Sequence record: MH460460.1
Direction: 5' to 3' (one strand)
Length of the DNA stretch: 64,000 bases
Numbering within the stretch: the first letter of the stretch is position 1; the number at the start of each line of letters is the position of its first letter. The translations under genes were made by a program, and so were the position numbers. The notes under the pieces are model-generated. The model worked only from the letters and a program-made list of their open reading frames with translations, was not told the origin of the DNA and searched no databases. This document shows positions 36,783-46,427 of the stretch, piece by piece.

Positions 36783-37178
36783 ATGTTTCAGCGCTTCGGT
36801 ATCGATCAGCACACAACGCTGCAAAGAATGAAAAAGCGTGCAAGGCGTAACGCTCTCTTTGTTCTGTCTCAAGGCAAAAAGGAATGCGCTCTTTCTGCTT
36901 ACATCTATTCCCACGAAATCGAAGCGAATGTATTTGCGCTCGCTTTTGAGGAAATCAAGCCTCAAACACTCAACGCAATTCTGCTGGTTGAAGCAGAAGT
37001 CCTTAATTTTGTGCGTAAGAACAATAAAGTGTTCGAAATCGTGGATGGCGTTGAAATTCAAATGGGAAAATTCAATCCTAAAGTTTCGCGCTTCTTGGGA
37101 TGTAAAGACTTACCGCCAAATAACGTGGTATCTCTGGAGAAAACTAATGGAAGGAAAATTGAAGCAGATATTGGATGA
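36783..37178 (+). CDS. Hypothetical protein
   Basis: 131 aa. Confidence 0.55.
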   Translation: MFQRFGIDQHTTLQRMKKRARRNALFVLSQGKKECALSAYIYSHEIEANVFALAFEEIKPQTLNAILLVEAEVLNFVRKNNKVFEIVDGVEIQMGKFNPKVSRFLGCKDLPPNNVVSLEKTNGRKIEADIG

Positions 37179-37377
37179 GGTTCGAAAGACTCACAATGTA
37201 GTTGAGGTTGATTGCTTTACCGAAGTGCGTGTTCCTCCTGCCTGCAAAATCTTTTTCATGTGCGGCGGCATTGGACAAAAACATTTCTATGGGAAGGCGT
37301 TTCGAAAACAGATCGCCAAATATAAAAATCTCGTCGTACATGTGAATGGCGACAACTGTTCATATATAGCGTACTGA
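37147..37377 (+). CDS. Hypothetical protein
   Basis: GGAG SD before ATG 37147. Confidence 0.5.
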   Translation: MEGKLKQILDEVRKTHNVVEVDCFTEVRVPPACKIFFMCGGIGQKHFYGKAFRKQIAKYKNLVVHVNGDNCSYIAY

Positions 37378-37385
37378 GGTTTATC

Positions 37386-37847
37386 ATGGAAGCAAGACTC
37401 GTTTATAATAAGGTTCGTTCTGGATCTGAGTATGACGGTGCAAATCTCGTTGTTCGCGCATACATGCAGCAAAGTTCGTTTGGCAATCAAGCGTTGCTTT
37501 ATGCTGATGTTATCTACACCGAAAATTGTCGCCGGGTAGTAAAACAATTCTCTAATACCAATCCCACGCGGCTTGCGGAAGAGGTTGCAGATTTTGCAAA
37601 TGACCGTATGCTGGCAAGCGACGTTGTTTATTGCAGTAATGATTTACCCGACCACACACGCAGTCAGGCAGACATTGCTAATCGTTTTAAAACAGCATTC
37701 TGCGCAGAGATCGAAGCAATTACGGATGAAGCCCGACGCATTCGCGAAGCACGCGAGAAAGATAATGAGCGTCAGGATAAAATCTATGCTCCGTATCGTG
37801 ACCGTAAAATTGAAGAGGCGAAGCAGAAAATCTTCGGAAACAAATGA
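37386..37847 (+). CDS. Hypothetical protein
   Basis: 153 aa, GAGG SD. Confidence 0.6.
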   Translation: MEARLVYNKVRSGSEYDGANLVVRAYMQQSSFGNQALLYADVIYTENCRRVVKQFSNTNPTRLAEEVADFANDRMLASDVVYCSNDLPDHTRSQADIANRFKTAFCAEIEAITDEARRIREAREKDNERQDKIYAPYRDRKIEEAKQKIFGNK

Positions 37848-38047
37848 CAGACAAAATTGTTGTTATAGGTTTAGCCGGAATCCCTGTAGGGAAAAAACTT
37901 CTCGATAGCTTATCGACAAGTGTTGCAGTTATCCCTGTAGAATCGCCGCCTCCTTATTTCGATAACCGCCGAAACATTCTCGATCCTAAGCGGAACTTTA
38001 AATCTGTAAACAAAGTACCACAAAGGATAAAACGGGGTAGACGATGA
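37844..38047 (+). CDS. Small basic protein
   Basis: 67 aa, coupled ATGA overlap. Confidence 0.55.
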   Translation: MTDKIVVIGLAGIPVGKKLLDSLSTSVAVIPVESPPPYFDNRRNILDPKRNFKSVNKVPQRIKRGRR

Positions 38048-38643
38048 TCGGACTTTCACTAGAACAGCGCGTCAAGGATGGCGTGCTTTCTCAAGAAGAA
38101 TACTATGTTGCTGGCGTAATGTTGGGATTAGGATTTTTACGCTACGACGAAAATAAAAAGTTTCGTGTGCTGGATATGCTGACCGATCCTATTACGGATG
38201 AAGAGAAAGCAATGCAGCAACGCTATCACGAAAAGGCTTTCGGTGCTGATTGGAAACCTACCGATATCTTTTGGATTGAGGAAGAGAATTCTCCATTAGG
38301 TGCGCAGCAAGTTCGTCATTTGATTTATGTCGTCCAGTGCGAAATCGCTAAAAAGAATTGGATTGAAGAACCGATTGCGAATAATGAAATTTTTCAGCGT
38401 GTGGTAAAAATTGAAATCGAGTTCTATTCGATTGAATCTGCACGCGAGGAAATTCGAAAGCTGGCGAAACAAATGGAACAAGGCTACGCGGAATCTGCGC
38501 TTTCTTACTTCCATGAGCCGGAAGCATTCCGACCGACCAAAGGCAATTTTGCTTCGATGGATCGCAAACGCATCTACAGGCAAAACCACAATCCGAAACA
38601 TACGCGCATGGCGCAGTATAAAAACTATCGGAGAAAAATGTGA
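38044..38643 (+). CDS. Hypothetical protein
   Basis: 199 aa. Confidence 0.6.
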   Translation: MIGLSLEQRVKDGVLSQEEYYVAGVMLGLGFLRYDENKKFRVLDMLTDPITDEEKAMQQRYHEKAFGADWKPTDIFWIEEENSPLGAQQVRHLIYVVQCEIAKKNWIEEPIANNEIFQRVVKIEIEFYSIESAREEIRKLAKQMEQGYAESALSYFHEPEAFRPTKGNFASMDRKRIYRQNHNPKHTRMAQYKNYRRKM

Positions 38644-39005
38644 GTATCAAACGTTTCATCCAACGGCATTTTGCTACATGGTTTTGCGTTGACTACATGA
38701 TCGTGTTGTCGCCTAATAATGTACAGGCTGAAATAACACGCCACGTCCGAATCGGGCGTAAGATTTTCAGTTTCTCCGATAAGAACATTATCGGTCGAAT
38801 TACGTGCCCACAAGAAACTGTAAATTGGATGAGTAAGGGTTCGTTTATCTCCGGCAACTCAATGAAGGCGAAAGCGCTGATCAAAGAGTATCGCGAATTC
38901 TCCCGCTCTGCGCATAAGAGTTTCAAATCTTATCGCAGTGCAAAGTTAGCCTCAATGTTGCTGGACACACTCAAAATTTCAAAACCAATTATGGAGTCAA
39001 AATGA
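38640..39005 (+). CDS. Hypothetical protein
   Basis: 121 aa, GTGA overlap. Confidence 0.55.
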   Translation: MSIKRFIQRHFATWFCVDYMIVLSPNNVQAEITRHVRIGRKIFSFSDKNIIGRITCPQETVNWMSKGSFISGNSMKAKALIKEYREFSRSAHKSFKSYRSAKLASMLLDTLKISKPIMESK

Positions 39006-39709
39006 GTCTGGCAAGTAAAATCGGCAGCGATGAAATGGAAGTTGAACATAAAAATAATGTTACTCGTCTCGCAAAGGAAATGGCGAACGGGCGTATGATG
39101 ATGCCGCGCTCCAAAATCGACTACAAAGATCTCATTAAGGTTGAGCTTGATTCGTCGAAAAATATTATTACTGAGCATCTGCTTACAGCGCGTGCCTCCA
39201 TTCCGCTCGGTAATGGTTTGATGTATGTCTCTTCGCATAACTGTTCGGCTAAAATGCTGGAAGGTTTTTGCACTTATGGCGAAGGGGTAGCGCACGTAAT
39301 TGAAGAGGCCGTAGATTCTGCGGAAGTTTTGATTAACAACGCTATCGGCGAGGCGCGGGAAATCTTGCGCTCAACGCTTTACGTTCCTCCGCTGTTCCTG
39401 CTGGCGACTGATAAGAAATCTGTAAAGAGTCTGTATAGTTGGCTGACAGAGAACACGCAGATTGATGAAGGAATCATTGCCGGAATTATTTCGATTACTG
39501 AAATGAATCCGGACGCCACAAGTTACCTGCGTATTTCAAACGGCAAGGTTGAGTCGATGGATTCAACCGAATTCGCTTTATCGTTAAGCACTCACTTTAA
39601 CTTCACGGCAATTCTGAATTTTGTTTCCTCTTATGATACAAAAAACATTCCGTGCATGGATGAAGTGATCAAATATCATAAACACGTTTCAATTGCTAAA
39701 AGGTACTGA
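39002..39709 (+). CDS. Hypothetical protein
   Basis: 235 aa. Confidence 0.6.
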   Translation: MSLASKIGSDEMEVEHKNNVTRLAKEMANGRMMMPRSKIDYKDLIKVELDSSKNIITEHLLTARASIPLGNGLMYVSSHNCSAKMLEGFCTYGEGVAHVIEEAVDSAEVLINNAIGEAREILRSTLYVPPLFLLATDKKSVKSLYSWLTENTQIDEGIIAGIISITEMNPDATSYLRISNGKVESMDSTEFALSLSTHFNFTAILNFVSSYDTKNIPCMDEVIKYHKHVSIAKRY

Positions 39710-39710
39710 A

Positions 39711-40433
39711 ATGAAAGACAGTAAAAAATCCGTTCCGGCTCGCGGTACTGCTAAGTCTACTCCGACTGCTCCGGCTGCTCCGATTCCGGCTACTGCTTCA
39801 ATCGGTTCGCGCACAACTGCTCCGGCGCGTATCGCAACTAAGAACGAGAGTTCGCCGATTTGCGTTCTGTCCAATCTGACTGAATCGCTGATTACTTCCT
39901 GCAACGTGTTCCACGAAGCGATGGCGAAAGTTGGTATGTATTCTCTCGGCGCGGAAGGCATTGCAGATCGCGTGGCTGATCTTCTTTCAGCACAACAAAG
40001 CGAATCGCAGAGTTATCAGAAAGAAGATAACTCCGCTGCGGCAACTATCGTTTATGCTGGTCGCGTGTTGTGTCTGTCCTCCACGATTCTCGAAGCCATT
40101 ATTGATGGCGTTGAAAATGATCGCAAAATTCGTGACAGCGAAGGCGATGAGGATGATCGTGAAGCGCTGGCAACCGATAATACGTTTGCAGGCCGCCGTC
40201 TGTCCAACGCGTACACTGAGGCGTGCTATGTAGCCAACAAAACTCGCGATCAACTGGACTGCATTTCGATTGCGATCTTCGGCAACGAAGTTGAATTAGA
40301 GCGTGCTGCTTCTGCCTGCTCTGATAGCAAATCTGTAGGCATTGCATTCATGCTCGAAGCGATGGTTCGCCGCATGGACAATATTCTGAATGCTGTCAAT
40401 ACGCTGACGTATCGCGTAAACGAAAGCATGTAA
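39711..40433 (+). CDS. Helical-repeat protein with Pro/Ala/Thr-rich N-terminus
   Basis: Amphipathic helices separated by acidic linkers. Confidence 0.65.
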   Translation: MKDSKKSVPARGTAKSTPTAPAAPIPATASIGSRTTAPARIATKNESSPICVLSNLTESLITSCNVFHEAMAKVGMYSLGAEGIADRVADLLSAQQSESQSYQKEDNSAAATIVYAGRVLCLSSTILEAIIDGVENDRKIRDSEGDEDDREALATDNTFAGRRLSNAYTEACYVANKTRDQLDCISIAIFGNEVELERAASACSDSKSVGIAFMLEAMVRRMDNILNAVNTLTYRVNESM

Positions 40434-40469
40434 TTCTTCTCTTCAACTTTTAAACAGGAAATATCTACA

Positions 40470-41261
40470 ATGTTAGAACGTGATAAAAATACTGGGCGTT
40501 TCCGCAAAAATTCTGTGACGAAAGATCGCGGTGTTGAAAAAGAAAAGCCGACCGCAAAACAGGATCTGACCGATGCCGAAGATCTGACTGACGCAAAAGA
40601 TAGCTGTGAAGCGCGTCCTACCGAAAGTCTGCCGGAATCCATTTCCATGCAGTCTAACGCCATTAGTTTGCTGGCGCAGGATCTCGAATTGCGTTTCAGC
40701 AATCTCGGCCTGATCACTAAAACTCCGGTCTACGAACACTTCAACTGCGAAGATGATTGCGACGAAGACGAAGGGCAAGAAATTTCTGTAGACGATAGCA
40801 ACTATCGCGCTGCATTCTCGAATATTGCAAATCGTCTGTCTGCGTCTAATCGCACGTCCGGCACAAGCCACCGTGCGTTTAACGTTGTTCGCTTCCCGGC
40901 AATTAATAGTCTGCTTACGTTGAACTATGTTCTGGATAGCGCGATGCGTGCGTTCGATAACAACAATGGTGAAGCGATCTACAGTTACAGTGAGCGCACT
41001 GGTGACGGTTTCGTTGGTTTCAGTGAAAACGAAAACCTGTTCAATGAACTGGCTATGAATGCGCGTCGCCTCATGAACGAACTGAGTACATTGCTGCTCG
41101 GTCGTGAAACGGTTCACATCGAAGGCGAAGAGTCGATCAACTATGAGCGCGTGCAAGCGCAGAACCTTCTGGATCATCTGTCTGGCGTAAGTGGTGTTAT
41201 GTCTACCATTCTGGCGCACGGCAAATCGTTCGAAAAACAGTTAAGCGAACTGCTGGCGTAA
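40470..41261 (+). CDS. Helical-repeat protein with N-terminal RDxxGRF motif
   Basis: MLERDKNTGRFRKN; architecture similar to the preceding ORF. Confidence 0.65.
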   Translation: MLERDKNTGRFRKNSVTKDRGVEKEKPTAKQDLTDAEDLTDAKDSCEARPTESLPESISMQSNAISLLAQDLELRFSNLGLITKTPVYEHFNCEDDCDEDEGQEISVDDSNYRAAFSNIANRLSASNRTSGTSHRAFNVVRFPAINSLLTLNYVLDSAMRAFDNNNGEAIYSYSERTGDGFVGFSENENLFNELAMNARRLMNELSTLLLGRETVHIEGEESINYERVQAQNLLDHLSGVSGVMSTILAHGKSFEKQLSELLA

Positions 41262-41266
41262 AATAA

Positions 41267-41294
41267 AAAGGGGAAGCCGTTTGGCCTCCCCTTT
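41267..41294. terminator. Bidirectional terminator at the convergence of the + and - blocks
   Basis: AAAGGGGAAGCC-GTTT-GGCCTCCCCTTT with A-rich and T-rich flanks, between convergent stops. Confidence 0.85.
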
Positions 41295-41299
41295 GTTGT

Positions 41300-41767
41300 T
41301 TATATCGCGAAACCAATTGCAATCAATGCAATCAATCTCGTAATTGTCAGTTGTAGATCCGCTGCTTTTTGTTCCCTTATTCGCGCCTCACGTTCAGCGC
41401 TCAAATCTTTCGCAAGAGCGTTCGATCTCAATTCCTCCGACTTTGCCAAATCTAACAGCTTATTTCGTTCGTCGATGGTTTTATTCAGAACAACAACCAA
41501 AGAGTTTACCTCTTCTGTCCTGTTCTTAGCGCCGGAATACAGCTTAATCAAATCAGCCATACCTTTGTTATCCAGCGTTGCCAGTTTTTTATCTTCGAAC
41601 TTTTTAACTGTTATTTCCGGCTTAGGTGGAACCTCAACCTTCTCCCACGTTAGATTTTCTACGCGGGGAATTTGTTGGATGGATGTTTTTTCTTGCTCTG
41701 GAATCTTATTAAGATTGACTCCACACCCAACCAACAAAAAAGCAACGAGAAGTATTAGCTTCTTCAT
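41300..41767 (-). CDS. Spanin-like lipoprotein with C-terminal hydrophobic helix (o-spanin or u-spanin candidate)
   Basis: MKKLILLVAFLLVG-C lipobox, coiled-coil middle, C-terminal LTITRLIALIAIGFAI. Confidence 0.65.
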   Translation of the reverse strand: MKKLILLVAFLLVGCGVNLNKIPEQEKTSIQQIPRVENLTWEKVEVPPKPEITVKKFEDKKLATLDNKGMADLIKLYSGAKNRTEEVNSLVVVLNKTIDERNKLLDLAKSEELRSNALAKDLSAEREARIREQKAADLQLTITRLIALIAIGFAI

Positions 41768-42045
41768 AGCTTTTTATATTCCTCCGCAAGATCATCCATA
41801 TCTTTGTTCTGATCAGCTTGTGCGTCAGGCTTCCTTTCTTCATTCAGCTTCTTAACATCGGTCGCAACTTCTTCGGCATCTTGCTTTTGCTGCTCGATAG
41901 CCTTCTCACGAATTTTGTCTTCCGCTTTCTGGAGTTCCGAAATACCGTTGGAAGTTTTACTGCGATTGGGACGAACCAAAAAGATTCCTACCACAATCGC
42001 AAGAAATCCAACGAACGCCAGCCAATATTTTTTCAGCTTTTGCAT
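41764..42045 (-). CDS. i-spanin-like protein
   Basis: N-terminal TM (YWLAFVGFLAIVVGIFLV) plus periplasmic coiled coil; overlaps the lipoprotein start. Confidence 0.6.
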   Translation of the reverse strand: MQKLKKYWLAFVGFLAIVVGIFLVRPNRSKTSNGISELQKAEDKIREKAIEQQKQDAEEVATDVKKLNEERKPDAQADQNKDMDDLAEEYKKL

Positions 42046-42052
42046 ACATCAC

Positions 42053-42382
42053 TCACTGATTGTCAGATTTTGCGTTTGAGTCGTTCGCGTTGTTACGGTT
42101 CGATCCGTTGTTGATAAGGTTTTCAGCCATAAACGCAACAGAGAAGAACGTAATGTGATTAGTTTCGCCAGAACCGATCAGGTTGATGAAAAGGCCAATA
42201 CTGACGAACACACTCGCTACAGTAGAGAACGGGTTATTCGTCCAGTATTGACGCCAATCTAAACCTTCACGTTTTGTCTTTTGAACATAATTGACAAGAA
42301 CGCCACCTACCCAAGTGCAAACATAGCCGAACAACTGAAACAGATCATAGTGTTTAATTGCTTCTTGCACATCAGGTAACAT
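42053..42382 (-). CDS. Holin candidate
   Basis: 109 aa, 2-3 TM segments, hydrophilic C-terminus, directly upstream of the spanin-like genes. Confidence 0.55.
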   Translation of the reverse strand: MLPDVQEAIKHYDLFQLFGYVCTWVGGVLVNYVQKTKREGLDWRQYWTNNPFSTVASVFVSIGLFINLIGSGETNHITFFSVAFMAENLINNGSNRNNANDSNAKSDNQ

Positions 42383-42392
42383 GCTTTACCTC

Positions 42393-42632
42393 TTAAAGTT
42401 TACTATCGTCGATTTTGCCTTCTTTGAACAATTGCAGTTTGCGAGCTTTCCATTTGGCACTTACGTCCGTGAAAAATTCGCTTAACTGATCATCATCCAG
42501 TTGAGAAGGACTACTCACTTCGCGAGCCTCAAGTTCTGTACGAAACAGATTCTGATATTCTTCCTGCAACAGAGAAAGATCAGCGCTCAATGAAGTAAAT
42601 TCTTTTGCCGCCAGTGCTACTACAGTTTTCAT
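42393..42632 (-). CDS. Small virion-associated protein candidate
   Basis: EEYQNLFR...VSSPSQLDDDQLSEFFTDVSAKW resembles a small eYq.ff...V.SP.eL...FF...W module recurrent in large myoviruses (recall, unverified). Confidence 0.45.
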   Translation of the reverse strand: MKTVVALAAKEFTSLSADLSLLQEEYQNLFRTELEAREVSSPSQLDDDQLSEFFTDVSAKWKARKLQLFKEGKIDDSKL

Positions 42633-42649
42633 AAGTGAATTCCTTTGGT

Positions 42650-43282
42650 TTACCGGAGTCGTAACCGTAAATTAGCAATAATAGGACTTTTGCTAAGATC
42701 GACCGGAGTTGTTTGAGTGAGCGCCAGATTACCGCCCACCAGTTTAAGATCCGCTGTACTGTCTTCATCACCTACAGTACCCAACGCAGCGATATAGATT
42801 TGGTTTCCGTTATTCAAAACGGGAATCGTGTCACTGTTACATGCGAGATATCCAGAGCCGGAAGTTACCGCAAGCGCAAACCACGTAGGTTTTCCTGCAC
42901 GATGGATTCGCGCTTGTCGCGTAGCAATAGGATCAGATTCATAACCATTAGGCGTAGGAGAAGTCATTCCCGTATCGCCCTGATAGTTGAGATTCAAATC
43001 TATTTCATTAATGTCCGGTGCCAGCGCAGAAATGATACCATAACGCCAGCCAACAAAACCCATATACTGAGATTGATGCGGAGAAATAACGTTGTAGAGA
43101 TTCGCTTGCCGTGGTGCGCTTGTCATACCTGCGGCGAAGCGTTGGCGAATAGTTGCAGCATCCGGCATTGTGCCATCAAAGAACATTAACGCGGCAGGCA
43201 ACGCATTCATTGAAGAACTGCCTGATTGTTTCTGCGCCCACCGATAAAAAAGAGCGCGGGAAGTTCCCGGAACAAAACGCAT
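42650..43282 (-). CDS. Structural fibre/hair-family paralog 1
   Basis: LMFFDGTMP...KPTWFAL...GTVGDEDSTADLKL. Confidence 0.65.
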   Translation of the reverse strand: MRFVPGTSRALFYRWAQKQSGSSSMNALPAALMFFDGTMPDAATIRQRFAAGMTSAPRQANLYNVISPHQSQYMGFVGWRYGIISALAPDINEIDLNLNYQGDTGMTSPTPNGYESDPIATRQARIHRAGKPTWFALAVTSGSGYLACNSDTIPVLNNGNQIYIAALGTVGDEDSTADLKLVGGNLALTQTTPVDLSKSPIIANLRLRLR

Positions 43283-44190
43283 CAGCTTGCCTCCACTACG
43301 CTTGACGGTAAAGCAATTCGCGCAGCATGAATATTAGGAGAAATGCCATCGCGTGCAACCGTGTCGGAAATTGTGATATCTGTTCCTACATCCAACACTA
43401 AACCGATATAGTTATTTGTATAACCGCCCACCATATCAGAAGAGTAGGCCAGATCACCATTCGGACGAATCAAAACAATTTTGTCGATTGTTTCATTCAC
43501 GAAAGCATTATCTTTCGGCAACACTTCCCACAAATAAACAAAACCTTTCGCAGCACTGCTCAATCCAGTGTAGCGAATATAACGCGCTTTGAAATTGACA
43601 TATCCGGTACGCGTAGTAACAGGAATGTTAGTCCACGTAACGCCATCCAAACTGTAATCAAGTTGGATCGCAGTATAGTTGGTTGAGTTGTACGCCATCA
43701 TTGTAAACTTGCGGAAATCAAATTCTGTTCCGTAGTCTGCAATCATCGCGCCCGGTGTTCCTCCAGTGTAACCGCCCGAAGGAATAAATTCATATTCGCG
43801 AGTGTTCTGCGGGAAATATCCTGAGTAGTTACGCAGCAATCCTAAAACGTTTGTTCCGTCGTAGTTTGCTTGCGCATCTTGCGGATAAATTCGAACAGGA
43901 AATGCCTGAACATAAAGCAGATCATTCTGCGAACCATCTTGATAAAACTTCGCTCCATATCCCGGATAGCGGGAATTAGAAGTTCTATGTGATAGCGTCA
44001 TTGTGCTATTAAAATTTCCGGAAGCGACAAACGAAACATCTAAGAAGCAACTCGCACGAACGTGTTTTAAATCTTCTCGGATATCGCCAGTGGGTTCCTT
44101 CCCACTGACCATAAACAGCGCTCCGCAAATATTGCTTTGCGCGAGAAAATCCATAATACGGTCGCGAACAGGTTTCAATTCGACGAGCAT
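43282..44190 (-). CDS. Structural paralog 2 with discoidin/F5-8-like insert
   Basis: FMVSGKEP; DYGTEFDF...YSLDGVTWT...KARYIRY. Confidence 0.65.
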   Translation of the reverse strand: MLVELKPVRDRIMDFLAQSNICGALFMVSGKEPTGDIREDLKHVRASCFLDVSFVASGNFNSTMTLSHRTSNSRYPGYGAKFYQDGSQNDLLYVQAFPVRIYPQDAQANYDGTNVLGLLRNYSGYFPQNTREYEFIPSGGYTGGTPGAMIADYGTEFDFRKFTMMAYNSTNYTAIQLDYSLDGVTWTNIPVTTRTGYVNFKARYIRYTGLSSAAKGFVYLWEVLPKDNAFVNETIDKIVLIRPNGDLAYSSDMVGGYTNNYIGLVLDVGTDITISDTVARDGISPNIHAARIALPSSVVEAS

Positions 44191-44200
44191 ATTATTTTCC

Positions 44201-44755
44201 TTAGTATTGGATATTAAGATCCGTCATGCGGTAGCCTTGACCTAACACGATATTGCTGCCAACAATTTTCAATTCGGCATCGCTATCTTCGTTTCCGCAA
44301 GTACCGATAATGATATCGTCAACACTCGTGCCGCCAATGAATGTCGCCCACGTACTCGCATCAGTTACTGAGGCACTGGAACGCATCGCAACAAAGAACG
44401 TAGGAGTTCCGTTTGCCGCGCCGATAAGATCGGTTGTGACTGCGGTAAAGTTCACGTTGATTTTTCGGTTACGCGAACCATCTGCATTTTTCCCAATCGT
44501 TACGACAGGGCGACGACCAACCGTAGTCGAATAGTGCTGGCAACCTAAAAATTGCGCTTGAGTTATCCCCAAAGCTGTAAGAAAAGTTCCGGGTGCAATA
44601 GTCATGTTCTGCGCAATCGTCGCAGGCAAAACCAGATCCGGCATTGTGCCGCTAAACAGACCAACACGGCACTGAACACTTGAAGACGTGGGAGTAAAAA
44701 TTTCCATCAAAGCTGTGAGAGCTTTCGACGCAACCATATCCTTATTAGAAATCAT
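44201..44755 (-). CDS. Structural paralog 3
   Basis: VGLFSGTMP...TPTFFVA...GTCGNEDSDAELKIVG. Confidence 0.65.
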   Translation of the reverse strand: MISNKDMVASKALTALMEIFTPTSSSVQCRVGLFSGTMPDLVLPATIAQNMTIAPGTFLTALGITQAQFLGCQHYSTTVGRRPVVTIGKNADGSRNRKINVNFTAVTTDLIGAANGTPTFFVAMRSSASVTDASTWATFIGGTSVDDIIIGTCGNEDSDAELKIVGSNIVLGQGYRMTDLNIQY

Positions 44756-45834
44756 AATGCCCCCAATTCGGTAACAGGAAGAAGCGTGGTGAAGAACGGA
44801 GGATATAAATTCGATCCTTGTTCAAACGTCAAACCAGTTGGAATGAAAAGATCGTTTGAAGAAATTTGTTTAGGGTTATCTGTCACCGTATACGCAGACA
44901 ACGCAACGTTTCGATCATCCATCAACGTTTTTTCAGAAGCCAGCATAATATTGCAACTGGCAGATAATCCAAATACGTTTGAGTCAAATGTTGCTTGCGC
45001 CAAATTGAAGGGCATTAAAATAACATGACCGATTTTTCCAAACGTGCGCGGAGTACCGTTCACATACTTCCCGAAGAAACGCAGGCCGCTCGGATACAGC
45101 CATTGCTGTGCGCGAGTAATGCGTGTGCGGAAATAACGAGCGGTTACTTTTCCGTTTAAGATCGGAGTCATTGTCGCATCACTACTAGAAGGCTGGACGC
45201 CCATCAATGCAGTAACATCAGTCCACACGCCGTTAATCTGCGCTTGAAGAACAGAGTTAAACATTGAGTTTGTGGCTTCATTGGTCTGTCCGGAAATTTT
45301 CATTACGCCAGTGATTTCAACGTCTGCGCCAAAATCATATTCAGCGACAATCGCTTTGGTAGGATCTGCCGGATCAAGTTGCGCCCAATATCCACCCTGC
45401 GCTGTGGCAAGAACATTTATCGAAGCAGCAGAACCGACAAGGCGCGGCATCTGATCCATAGCAAACATATTAATGATTTGCTGACTTGGCGTGTTCGAAA
45501 AATTTAAGTTAGTGGCGTCATTAAGATCACGGTAGCGGTTGATTTTTGTTTTTGGCAAAACCTGTTTGCCGTAAATGGTATCAACTTCTTGCCATGCACT
45601 ATGCAGCGCCCAAAGGCGTTGTTGTTCTGCGCGGTTCAACGGCTGCATAATCATTTTGCCGCCAGTTGAATACTGACCATTCATGTACGGAACGGCGACC
45701 AAACAATCGTTAATGATTTTTTGAATATCCGGTGCATCAAGTTGCGCCTGCGTCGGAATAGCACCTTCCATAAAGAACGCCATGTATAACGAAGAAGCCA
45801 CCACGCGTTTTTCTTGGAGATCTAAAAGTTTCAT
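44752..45834 (-). CDS. Structural paralog 4 with discoidin-like insert
   Basis: AFFMEGAIP; EYDFGADVEITG...GVWTDV...TARYFRTRI; KIGHVIL. Confidence 0.65.
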   Translation of the reverse strand: MKLLDLQEKRVVASSLYMAFFMEGAIPTQAQLDAPDIQKIINDCLVAVPYMNGQYSTGGKMIMQPLNRAEQQRLWALHSAWQEVDTIYGKQVLPKTKINRYRDLNDATNLNFSNTPSQQIINMFAMDQMPRLVGSAASINVLATAQGGYWAQLDPADPTKAIVAEYDFGADVEITGVMKISGQTNEATNSMFNSVLQAQINGVWTDVTALMGVQPSSSDATMTPILNGKVTARYFRTRITRAQQWLYPSGLRFFGKYVNGTPRTFGKIGHVILMPFNLAQATFDSNVFGLSASCNIMLASEKTLMDDRNVALSAYTVTDNPKQISSNDLFIPTGLTFEQGSNLYPPFFTTLLPVTELGAL

Positions 45835-46427
45835 ACATCCTCGCTGATTTTCATTCGCAGACGTTCAACTGCGAAATTGATTTTGTAAGTTCCATCGCCG
45901 TTATTTACCAGCGGCACGCCCATGTTCAGGAAGTCAGTGAAACTTAGTTCAAAGAAATTATAACAAGGCTGCGATGCGTTGACGGTACTGGAAGAAGTAT
46001 TCTGCATACATGCAATCAATGTTGTGAAATTACTTGATGCAAGCGGAGTACCTAACGTGAAATCCATCGCCATGTAGCGACCGTCATTCATCAGTTCAAT
46101 ACGACAACATCCGGCAACGCTCGTATGCAAGACAGTAACGAGATCTGTCCTATTCGCAGTTAACCATGCACGAATTTGCGTTACCGTTGGTGCATCACCA
46201 TAAGTTGCCAAAATATTATGCCAGTCGCTATCGCTAATAGATCCGCCAGTTACCGCGATAAAGTTTGTATCTGAATTTATTGTACTGTCATTATCCAAAC
46301 GCTCATCGCGTGCTTCAAAAGCGCCACTACCATAGAACCAAATTCCTACGGCAGTGTTTGAGCTTGTCGCAGCAGTCCAATCAATTTTCTGGCGAATGTT
46401 TCGAAGTGCTTTAGAAACAATCATCAA
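45831..46427 (-). CDS. Structural paralog 5 (divergent)
   Basis: VGIWFYGSG; within the array; similar composition. Confidence 0.5.
   Translation of the reverse strand: MMIVSKALRNIRQKIDWTAATSSNTAVGIWFYGSGAFEARDERLDNDSTINSDTNFIAVTGGSISDSDWHNILATYGDAPTVTQIRAWLTANRTDLVTVLHTSVAGCCRIELMNDGRYMAMDFTLGTPLASSNFTTLIACMQNTSSSTVNASQPCYNFFELSFTDFLNMGVPLVNNGDGTYKINFAVERLRMKISEDV

Noticed and set aside
38815-38825. AACTGTAAATT inside a coding region
   Set aside because: Intragenic, imperfect match, no hairpin or SD downstream.
40473-41219. 248-aa antisense ORF
   Set aside because: Entirely nested opposite a well-formed + strand gene; no motifs.
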